Of a stretch of DNA of 64,000 nt, positions 52,901 through 64,000 are shown piece by piece; within the stretch, counting starts at the first letter, position 1, and every line of letters starts with the position of its first letter. Source of the stretch: Lytechinus pictus (Eukaryota); the NCBI RefSeq assembly GCF_037042905.1, contig NC_087251.1, forward strand, positions 49,663,358-49,727,357, given 5' to 3'. A model generated the notes under the pieces. That model was not told the DNA's origin. It saw only the letters and a list, made by a program, of their open reading frames with translations, and did not search any database. Made by a program: the position numbers and the translations under genes.

Positions 52901-55900
52901 CGAAAAATAAAAACTCATCGGATCTGCTTTATCTTGATAATATTGATGCCTTTGGATGTTAGAAGATCCCACAGAGCGGAGACGGCTGAATTGGGGGGGG
53001 TCTCGGGGGCAATTTTGAAGAAATCAATTTGGTCATATTTTGGAAAATTTGGACCAGTCGCGGGTAGGGCGAAAAATAAAAACTCATCGGATCTGCTTTA
53101 TCTTGATAATATTGATGCCTTTGGATGTTAGAAGATCCCACAGAGCGGAGACGGCTGAATTGGGGGGGGTCTCGGGGGCAATTTTGAAGAAATCAATTTG
53201 GTCATATTTTGGAAAATTTGGACCAGTCGCGGGTAGGGCGAAAAATAAAAACTCATCGGATCTGCTTTATCTTGATAATATTGATGCCTTTGGATGTTAG
53301 AAGATCCCACAGAGCGGAGACGGCTGAATTGGGGGGGGTCTCGGGGGCAATTTTGAAGAAATCAATTTGGTCATATTTTGGAAAATTTGGACCAGTCGCG
53401 GGTAGGGCGAAAAATAAAAACTCATCGGATCTGCTTTATCTTGATAATATTGATGCCTTTGGATGTTAGAAGATCCCACAGAGCGGAGACGGCTGAATTG
53501 GGGGGGGTCTCGGGGGCAATTTTGAAGAAATCAATTTGGTCATATTTTGGAAAATTTGGACCAGTCGCGGGTAGGGCGAAAAATAAAAACTCATCGGATC
53601 TGCTTTATCTTGATAATATTGATGCCTTTGGATGTTAGAAGATCCCACAGAGCGGAGACGGCTGAATTGGGGGGGGTCTCGGGGGCAATTTTGAAGAAAT
53701 CAATTTGGTCATATTTTGGAAAATTTGGACCAGTCGCGGGTAGGGCGAAAAATAAAAACTCATCGGATCTGCTTTATCTTGATAATATTGATGCCTTTGG
53801 ATGTTAGAAGATCCCACAGAGCGGAGACGGCTGAATTGGGGGGGGTCTCGGGGGCAATTTTGAAGAAATCAATTTGGTCATATTTTGGAAAATTTGGACC
53901 AGTCGCGGGTAGGGCGAAAAATAAAAACTCATCGGATCTGCTTTATCTTGATAATATTGATGCCTTTGGATGTTAGAAGATCCCACAGAGCGGAGACGGC
54001 TGAATTGGGGGGGGTCTCGGGGGCAATTTTGAAGAAATCAATTTGGTCATATTTTGGAAAATTTGGACCAGTCGCGGGTAGGGCGAAAAATAAAAACTCA
54101 TCGGATCTGCTTTATCTTGATAATATTGATGCCTTTGGATGTTAGAAGATCCCACAGAGCGGAGACGGCTGAATTGGGGGGGGTCTCGGGGGCAATTTTG
54201 AAGAAATCAATTTGGTCATATTTTGGAAAATTTGGACCAGTCGCGGGTAGGGCGAAAAATAAAAACTCATCGGATCTGCTTTATCTTGATAATATTGATG
54301 CCTTTGGATGTTAGAAGATCCCACAGAGCGGAGACGGCTGAATTGGGGGGGGTCTCGGGGGCAATTTTGAAGAAATCAATTTGGTCATATTTTGGAAAAT
54401 TTGGACCAGTCGCGGGTAGGGCGAAAAATAAAAACTCATCGGATCTGCTTTATCTTGATAATATTGATGCCTTTGGATGTTAGAAGATCCCACAGAGCGG
54501 AGACGGCTGAATTGGGGGGGGTCTCGGGGGCAATTTTGAAGAAATCAATTTGGTCATATTTTGGAAAATTTGGACCAGTCGCGGGTAGGGCGAAAAATAA
54601 AAACTCATCGGATCTGCTTTATCTTGATAATATTGATGCCTTTGGATGTTAGAAGATCCCACAGAGCGGAGACGGCTGAATTGGGGGGGGTCTCGGGGGC
54701 AATTTTGAAGAAATCAATTTGGTCATATTTTGGAAAATTTGGACCAGTCGCGGGTAGGGCGAAAAATAAAAACTCATCGGATCTGCTTTATCTTGATAAT
54801 ATTGATGCCTTTGGATGTTAGAAGATCCCACAGAGCGGAGACGGCTGAATTGGGGGGGGTCTCGGGGGCAATTTTGAAGAAATCAATTTGGTCATATTTT
54901 GGAAAATTTGGACCAGTCGCGGGTAGGGCGAAAAATAAAAACTCATCGGATCTGCTTTATCTTGATAATATTGATGCCTTTGGATGTTAGAAGATCCCAC
55001 AGAGCGGAGACGGCTGAATTGGGGGGGGTCTCGGGGGCAATTTTGAAGAAATCAATTTGGTCATATTTTGGAAAATTTGGACCAGTCGCGGGTAGGGCGA
55101 AAAATAAAAACTCATCGGATCTGCTTTATCTTGATAATATTGATGCCTTTGGATGTTAGAAGATCCCACAGAGCGGAGACGGCTGAATTGGGGGGGGTCT
55201 CGGGGGCAATTTTGAAGAAATCAATTTGGTCATATTTTGGAAAATTTGGACCAGTCGCGGGTAGGGCGAAAAATAAAAACTCATCGGATCTGCTTTATCT
55301 TGATAATATTGATGCCTTTGGATGTTAGAAGATCCCACAGAGCGGAGACGGCTGAATTGGGGGGGGTCTCGGGGGCAATTTTGAAGAAAAATCAATTTGG
55401 TCATATTTTGGAAAATTTGGACCAGTCGCGGGTAGGGCGAAAAATAAAAACTCATCGGATCTGCTTTATCTTCTTAATATTGATGCCTTTGGATGTTAGA
55501 AGATCCCACAGAGCGGAGACGGCTGAATTGGGGGGGGTCTCGGGGGCAATTTTGAAGAAATCAATTTGGTCATATTTTGGAAAATTTGGACCAGTCGCGG
55601 GTAGGGCGAAAAATAAAAACTCATCGGATCTGCTTTATCTTCTAAATATTGATGCCTTTGGATGTTAGAAGATCCCACAGAGCGGAGACGGCTGAATTGG
55701 GGGGGGTCTCGGGGGCAATTTTGAAGAAATCAATTTGGTCATATTTTGGAAAATTTGGACCAGTCGCGGGTAGGGCGAAAAATAAAAACTCATCGGATCT
55801 GCTTTATCTTCTGAATATTGATGCCTATGGATGTTAGAAGATCCCACAGAGCGGAGACGGCTGAATTGGGGGGGGTCTCGGGGGCAATTTTGAAGAAATC

Positions 55901-58900
55901 AATTTGGTCATATTTTGGAAAATTTGGACCAGTCGCGGGTAGGGCGAAAAATAAAAACTCATCGGATCTGCTTTATCTTCTTAATATTGATGCCTATGGA
56001 TGTTAGAAGATCCCACAGAGCGGAGACGGCTGAATTGGGGGGGGTCTCGGGGGCAATTTTGAAGAAATCAATTTGGTCATATTTTGGAAAATTTGGACCA
56101 GTCGCGGGTAGGGCGAAAAATAAAAACTCATCGGATCTGCTTTATCTTCTTAATATTGATGCCTATGGATGTTAGAAGATCCCACAGAGCGGAGACGGCT
56201 GAATTGGGGGTGGTCTCGGGGGCAATTTTGAAGAAATCAATTTGGTCATATTTTGGAAAATTTGGACCAGTCGCGGGTAGGGCGAAAAATAAAAACTCAT
56301 CGGATCTGCTTTATCTTCTTAATATTGATGCCTTTGGATGTTAGAAGATCCCACAGAGCGGAGACGGCTGAATTGGGGGGGGTCTCGGGGGCAATTTTGA
56401 AGAAATCAATTTGGTCATATTTTGGAAAATTTGGACCAGTCGCGGGTAGGGCGAAAAATAAAAACTCATCGGATCTGCTTTATCTTCTTAATATTGATGC
56501 CTTTGGATGTTAGAAGATCCCACAGAGCGGAGACGGCTGAATTGGGGGGGGGTCTCTGGGGCAATTTTGAAGAAATCAATTTGGTCATATTTTGGAAAAT
56601 TTGGACCAGTCGCGGGTAGGGCGAAAAATAAAAACTCATCGGATCTGCTTTAACTTCTGAATATTGATGCCTTTGGATGTTAGAAGATCCCACAGAGCGG
56701 AGACGGCTGAATTGGGGGGGGTCTCGGGGGCAATTTTGAAGAAATCAATTTGGTCATATTTTGGAAAATTTGGACCAGTCGCGGGTAGGGCGAAAAATAA
56801 AAACTCATCGGATCTGCTTTATCTTCTGAATATTGATGCCTTTGGATGTTAGAAGATCCCACAGAGCGGAGACGGCTGAATTGGGGGGGTCTCGGGGGCA
56901 ATTTTGAAGAAATAAATTTGGTCATATTTTGGAAAATTTGGACCAGTCGCGGGTAGGGCGAAAAATAAAAACTCATCGGATCTGCTTTATCTTGATAATA
57001 TTGATGCCTTTGGATGTTAGAAGATCCCACAGAGCGGAGACGGCTGAATTGGGGGGGGTCTCGGGGGCAATTTTGAAGAAATCAATTTGGTCATATTTTG
57101 GAAAATTTGGACCAGTCGCGGGTAGGGCGAAAAATAAAAACTCATCGGATCTGCTTTATCTTGATAATATTGATGCCTTTGGATGTTAGAAGATCCCACA
57201 GAGCGGAGACGGCTGAATTGGGGGGGGTCTCGGGGGCAATTTTGAAGAAATCAATTTGGTCATATTTTGGAAAATTTGGACCAGTCGCGGGTAGGGCGAA
57301 AAATAAAAACTCATCGGATCTGCTTTATCTTGATAATATTGATGCCTTTGGATGTTAGAAGATCCCACAGAGCGGAGACGGCTGAATTGGGGGGGGTCTC
57401 GGGGGCAATTTTGAAGAAATCAATTTGGTCATATTTTGGAAAATTTGGACCAGTCGCGGGTAGGGCGAAAAATAAAAACTCATCGGATCTGCTTTATCTT
57501 GATAATATTGATGCCTTTGGATGTTAGAAGATCCCACAGAGCGGAGACGGCTGAATTGGGGGGGGTCTCGGGGGCAATTTTGAAGAAATCAATTTGGTCA
57601 TATTTTGGAAAATTTGGACCAGTCGCGGGTAGGGCGAAAAATAAAAACTCATCGGATCTGCTTTATCTTGATAATATTGATGCCTTTGGATGTTAGAAGA
57701 TCCCACAGAGCGGAGACGGCTGAATTGGGGGGGGTCTCGGGGGCAATTTTGAAGAAATCAATTTGGTCATATTTTGGAAAATTTGGACCAGTCGCGGGTA
57801 GGGCGAAAAATAAAAACTCATCGGATCTGCTTTATCTTGATAATATTGATGCCTTTGGATGTTAGAAGATCCCACAGAGCGGAGACGGCTGAATTGGGGG
57901 GGGTCTCGGGGGCAATTTTGAAGAAATCAATTTGGTCATATTTTGGAAAATTTGGACCAGTCGCGGGTAGGGCGAAAAATAAAAACTCATCGGATCTGCT
58001 TTATCTTGATAATATTGATGCCTTTGGATGTTAGAAGATCCCACAGAGCGGAGACGGCTGAATTGGGGGGGGTCTCGGGGGCAATTTTGAAGAAATCAAT
58101 TTGGTCATATTTTGGAAAATTTGGACCAGTCGCGGGTAGGGCGAAAAATAAAAACTCATCGGATCTGCTTTATCTTGATAATATTGATGCCTTTGGATGT
58201 TAGAAGATCCCACAGAGCGGAGACGGCTGAATTGGGGGGGGGTCTCGGGGGCAATTTTGAAGAAATCAATTTGGTCATATTTTGGAAAATTTGGACCAGT
58301 CACGGGTAGGGCGAAAAATAAAAACTCATCGGATCTGCTTTATCTTCTGAATATTGATGCCTTTGGATGTTAGAAGATCCCACAGAGCGGAGACGGCTGA
58401 ATTGGTAGGGGTCTCGGGGGCAATTTTGAAGAAATCAATTTGGTCATATTTTGGAAAATTTGGACCAGTCGCGGGTAGGGCGAAAAATAAAAACTCATCG
58501 GATCTGCTTTATCTTCTGAATATTGATGCCTTTGGATGTTAGAAGATCCCACAGAGCGGAGACGGCTGAATTGGGGGGGGTCTCGGGGGCAATTTTGAAG
58601 AAATCAATTTGGTCATATTTTGGAAAATTTGGACCAGTCGCGGGTAGGGCGAAAAATAAAAACTCATCGGATCTGCTTTATCTTCTGAATATTGATGCCT
58701 TTGGATGTTAGAAGATCCCACAGAGCGGAGACGGCTGAATTGGGGGGGGTCTCGGGGGCAATTTTGAAGAAATCAATTTGGTCATATTTTGGAAAATTTG
58801 GACCAGTCGCGGGTAGAGCGAAAAATAAAAACTCATCGGATCTGCTTTATCTTCTGAATATTGATGCCTTTGGATGTTAGAAGATCCCACAGAGCGGAGA

Positions 58901-61900
58901 CGGCTGAATTGGGGGGGGTCTCGGGGGCAATTTTGAAGAAATCAATTCGGTCATATTTTGGAAAATTTGGACCAGTCGCGGGTAGGGCGAAAAATAAAAA
59001 CTCATCGGATCTGCTTTATCTTCTGAATATTGATGCCTTTGGATGTTAGAAGATCCCACAGAGCGGAGACGGCTGAATTGGGGGGGTCTCGGGGGCAATT
59101 TTGAAGAAATCAATTTGGTCATATTTTGGAAAATTTGGACCCAGTCGCGGGTAGGGCGAAAAATAAAAACTCATCGGATCTGCTTTATCTTCTGAATATT
59201 GATGCCTTTGGATGTTAGAAGATCCCACAGAGCGGAGACGGCTGAATTGGGGGGGTCTCGGGGGCAATTTTGAAGAAATCAATTTGGTCATATTTTGGAA
59301 AATTTGGACCAGTCGCGGGTAGGGCGAAAAATAAAAACTCATCGGATCTGCTTTATCTTCTGAATATTGATGCCTTTGGATGTAAGAAGATCCCACAGAG
59401 CGGAGACGGCTGAATTGGGGTGGGTCTCGGGGGCAATTTTGAAGAAATCAATTTGGTCATATTTTGGAAAATTTGGACCAGTCGCGGGTAGGGCGAAAAA
59501 TAAAAACTCATCGGATCTGCTTTATCTTCTGAATATTGATGCCTTTGGATGTTAGAAGATCCCACAGAGCGGAGACGGCTGAATTGGGGGGGGTCTCGGG
59601 GGCAATTTTGAAGAAATCAATTTGGTCATATTTTGGAAAATTTGGACCAGTCGCGGGTAGGGCGAAAAATAAAAACTCATCGGATCTGCTTTATCTTCTG
59701 AATATTGATGCCTTTGGATGTTAGAAGATCCCACAGAGCGGAGACGGCTGAATTGGGGGGGGTCTCGGGGGCAATTTTGAAGAAATCAATTTGGTCATAT
59801 TTTGGAAAATTTGGACCAGTCGCGGGTAGGGCGAAAAATAAAAACTCATCGGATCTGCTTTATCTTCTGAATATTGATGCCTTTGGATGTTAGAAGATCC
59901 CACAGAGCGGAGACGGCTGAATTGGGGGGGGGTCTCGGGGGCAATTTTGAAGAAATCAATTTGGTCATATTTTGGAAAATTTGGACCAGTCGCGGGTAGG
60001 GCGAAAAATAAAAACTCATCGGATCTGCTTTATCTTCTGAATATTGATGCCTTTGGATGTTAGAAGATCCCACAGAGCGGAGACGGCTGAATTGGGGGGG
60101 GTCTCTGGGGCAATTTTGAAGAAATCAATTTGGTCATATTTTGGAAAATTTGGACCAGTCGCGGGTAGGGCGAAAAATAAAAACTCATCGGATCTGCTTT
60201 ATCTTCTGAATATTGATGCCTTTGGATGTTAGAAGATCCCACAGAGCGGAGACGGCTGAATTGGGGGGGTCTCGGGGGCAATTTTGAAGAAATCAATTTG
60301 GTCATATTTTGGAAAATTTGGACCAGTCGCGGGTAGGGCGAAAAATAAAAACTCATCGGATCTGCTTTATCTTCTGAATATTGATGCCTTTGGATGTTAG
60401 AAGATCCCACAGAGCGGAGACGGCTGAATTGGGGGGGGTCTCGGGGGCAATTTTGAAGAAATCAATTTGGTCATATTTTGGAAAATTTGGACCAGTCGCG
60501 GGTAGGGCGAAAAATAAAAACTCATCGGATCTGCTTTATCTTCTGAATATTGATGCCTTTGGATGTTAGAAGATCCCACAGAGCGGAGACGGCTGAATTG
60601 GGGGGGGTCTCGGGGGCAATTTTGAAGAAATCAATTTGGTCATATTTTGGAAAATTTGGACCAGTCGCGGGTAGGGCGAAAAATAAAAACTCATCGGATC
60701 TGCTTTATCTTCTGAATATTGATGCCTTTGGATGTTAGAAGATCCCACAGAGCGGAGACGGCTGAATTGGGGGGGGGGGTCTCGGGGGCAATTTTGAAGA
60801 AATCAATTTGGTCATATTTTGGAAAATTTGGACCAGTCGCGGGTAGGGCGAAAAATAAAAACTCATCGGATCTGCTTTATCTTCTGAATATTGATGCCTT
60901 TGGATGTTAGAAGATCCCACAGAGCGGAGACGGCTGAATTGGGGGGGGTCTCGGGGGCAATTTTGAAGAAATCAATTTGGTCATATTTTGGAAAATTTGG
61001 ACCAGTCGCGGGTAGGGCGAAAAATAAAAACTCATCGGATCTGCTTTATCTTCTGAATATTGATGCCTTTGGATGTTAGAAGATCCCACAGAGCGGAGAC
61101 GGCTGAATTGGGGGGGGTCTCGGGGGCAATTTTGAAGAAATCAATTTGGTCATATTTTGGAAAATTTGGACCAGTCGCGGGTAGGGCGAAAAATAAAAAA
61201 CTCATCGGATCTGCTTTATCTTCTGAATATTGATGCCTTTGGATGTTAGAAGATCCCACAGAGCGGAGACGGCTGAATTGGGGGGGGGTCTCGGGGGCAA
61301 TTTTGAAGAAATCAATTTGGTCATATTTTGGAAAATTTGGACCAGTCGCGGGTAGGGCGAAAAATAAAAACTCATCGGATCTGCTTTATCTTCTGAATAT
61401 TGATGCCTTTGGATGTTAGAAGATCCCACAGAGCGGAGACGGCTGAATTGGGGGGGGTCTCGGGGGCAATTTTGAAGAAATCAATTTGGTCATATTTTGG
61501 AAAATTTGGACCAGTCGCGGGTAGGGCGAAAAATAAAAACTCATCGGATCTGCTTTATCTTCTGAATATTGATGCCTTTGGATGTTAGAAGATCCCACAG
61601 AGCGGAGACGGCTGAATTGGGGGGGGGTCTCGGGGGCAATTTTGAAGAAATCAATTTGGTCATATTTTGGAAAATTTGGACCAGTCGCGGGTAGGGCGAA
61701 AAATAAAAACTCATCGGATCTGCTTTATCTTCTGAATATTGATGCCTTTGGATGTTAGAAGATCCCACAGAGCGGAGACGGCTGAATTGGGGCGGGGTCT
61801 CGGGGGCAATTTTGAAGAAATCAATTTGGTCATATTTTGGAAAATTTGGACCAGTCGCGGGTAGGGCGAAAAATAAAAACTCATCGGATCTGCTTTATCT

Positions 61901-64000
61901 TCTGAATATTGATGCCTTTGGATGTTAGAAGATCCCACAGAGCGGAGACGGCTGAATTGGGGGGGGGTCTCGGGGGCAATTTTGAAGAAATCAATTTGGT
62001 CATATTTTGGAAAATTTGGACCAGTCGCGGGTAGGGCGAAAAATAAAAACTCATCGGATCTGCTTTATCTTCTGAATATTGATGCCTTTGGATGTTAGAA
62101 GATCCCACAGAGCAAGACGGCTGAATTGGGGGGGTCTCGGGGGCAATTTTGAAGAAATCAATTTGGTCATATTTTGGAAAATTTGGACCAGTCGCGGGTA
62201 GGGCGAAAAATAAAAACTCATCGGATCTGCTTTATCTTCTTAATATTGATGCCTTTGGATGTTAGAAGATCCCACAGAGCGGAGACGGCTGAATTGGGGG
62301 GGGTCTCGGGGGCAATTTTGAAGAAATCAATTTGGTCATATTTTGGAAAATTTGGACCAGTCGCGGGTAGGGCGAAAAATAAAAACTCATCGGATCTGCT
62401 TTTTATCTTCTTAATATTGATGCCTTTGGATGTTAGAAGATCCCACAGAGCGGAGACGGCTGAATTGGGGGGGGTCTCGGGGGCAATTTTGAAGAAATCA
62501 ATTTGGTCATATTTTGGAAAATTTGGACCAGTCGCGGGTAGGGCGAAAAATAAAAACTCATCGGATCTGCTTTATCTTCTTAATATTGATGCCTTTGGAT
62601 GTTAGAAGATCCCACAGAGCGGAGACGGCTGAATTGGGGGGGGTCTCGGGGGCAATTTTGAAGAAATCAATTTGGTCATATTTTGGAAAATTTGGACCAG
62701 TCGCGGGTAGGGCGAAAAATAAAAACTCATCGGATCTGCTTTATCTTCTTAATATTGATGCCTTTGGATGTTAGAAGATCCCACAGAGCGGAGACGGCTG
62801 AATTGGGGGGGGTCTCGGGGGCAATTTTGAAGAAATCAATTTGGTCATATTTTGGAAAATTTGGACCAGTCGCGGGTAGGGCGAAAAATAAAAACTCATC
62901 GGATCTGCTTTATCTTCTTAATATTGATGCCTTTGGATGTTAGAAGATCCCACAGAGCGGAGACGGCTGAATTGGGGGGGGTCTCGGGGGCAATTTTGAA
63001 GAAATCAATTTGGTCATATTTTGGAAAATTTGGACCAGTCGCGGGTAGGGCGAAAAATAAAAACTCATCGGATCTGCTTTATCTTCTGAATATTGATGCC
63101 TTTGGATGTTAGAAGATCCCACAGAGCGGAGACGGCTGAATTGGGGGGGGTCTCGGGGGCAATTTTGAAGAAATCAATTTGGTCATATTTTGGAAAATTT
63201 GGACCAGTCGCGGGTAGGGCGAAAAATAAAAACTCATCGGATCTGCTTTATCTTCTGAATATTGATGCCTTTGGATGTTAGAAGATCCCACAGAGCGGAG
63301 ACGGCTGAATTGGGGGGGGTCTCAGGGGCAATTTTGAAGAAATCAATTTGGTCATATTTTGGAAAATTTGGACCAGTCGCGGGTAGGGCGAAAAATAAAA
63401 ACTCATCGGATCTGCTTTATCTTCTGAATATTGATGCCTTTGGATGTTAGAAGATCCCACAGAGCGGAGACGGCTGAATTGGGGGGGGTCTCGGGGGCAA
63501 TTTTGAAGAAATCAATTTGGTCATATTTTGGAAAATTTGGACCAGTCGCGGGTAGGGCGAAAAATAAAAACTCATCGGATCTGCTTTATCTTCTGAATAT
63601 TGATGCCTTTGGATGTTAGAAGATCCCACAGAGCGGAGACGGCTGAATTGGGGGGGGTCTCGGGGGCAATTTTGAAGAAATCAATTTGGTCATATTTTGG
63701 AAAATTTGGACCAGTCGCGGGTAGGGCGAAAAATAAAAACTCATCGGATCTGCTTTATCTTCTGAATATTGATGCCTTTGGATGTTAGAAGATCCCACAG
63801 AGCGGAGACGGCTGAATTGGGGGGGGTCTCGGGGGCAATTTTGAAGAAATCAATTTGGTCATATTTTGGAAAATTTGGACCAGTCGCGGGTAGGGCGAAA
63901 AATAAAAACTCATCGGATCTGCTTTATCTTCTGAATATTGATGCCTTTGGATGTTAGAAGATCCCACAGAGCAGAGACGGCTGAATTGGGGGGGGGTCTC
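40982..64000. repeat. 169-bp satellite DNA array (~136 monomers; continues past the window end); nucleosome-sized and possibly (peri)centromeric
   Basis: Exact 169-bp periodicity, also visible in the ORF track (41042, 41211, 41380...). Monomer: AGACGGCTGAATTG8TCTCG5CAATTTTGAAG...GATCCCACAGAGCGG. A centromeric role is inference. Confidence 0.99.
41060..41076 (-). promoter_or_regulatory. CENP-B-box-like 17-mer (first copy; one per 169-bp monomer)
   Basis: Minus strand TTTCGCCCTACCCGCGA versus the canonical NTTCGNNNNANNCGGGN: 8 of 9 core positions match (CGCG instead of CGGG). Confidence 0.4.

Noticed and set aside
41042..63967. Hundreds of 60-143 aa ORFs (MENLDQ..., MGSSNI..., MMPLDV...) in the ORF track
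   Set aside because: These are by-products of a 169-bp (non-multiple-of-3) satellite. Most start at non-ATG codons, they are freely frameshifted by G-run indels, and they contain no recognisable domain.
40982..64000. CRISPR array or other repeat-spacer system
   Set aside because: Monomers are contiguous and near-identical with no unique spacers, there are no cas genes, and the context is eukaryotic.

Overview
Eukaryotic, essentially gene-free window dominated by two abutting tandem arrays. Positions 1-39526 hold a ~985-bp macrosatellite: 39 complete units (about 982-993 bp) plus a diverged terminal partial copy, with clear monomer subtypes, a 6-unit (5907-bp) higher-order repeat and a ~21.7-kb-scale block duplication. 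Positions 40982-64000 hold a 169-bp satellite (~136 copies) with a CENP-B-box-like 17-mer in each monomer; its first ~85 copies are almost perfectly identical. The arrays are separated by a ~1.45-kb spacer of transposon debris (DNA-transposon end, L1/Tx1-type LINE ORF2 fragment, L2/SINE-type 3' tail, G/GA-rich duplication, CpG-rich patch). A 236-bp MITE-like element with a TA duplication interrupts the last macrosatellite copy. The most intriguing signal, which is inference only, is a pair of minus-strand exon-like segments in every ~985-bp unit (64 + 47 = 111 nt). If spliced, they would give a frame-preserving 37-aa repeat. The repeat debris resembles marine invertebrate (possibly echinoderm) DNA, but the organism cannot be determined here. 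The supplied ORFs within the 169-bp array are artefacts of the repeat.
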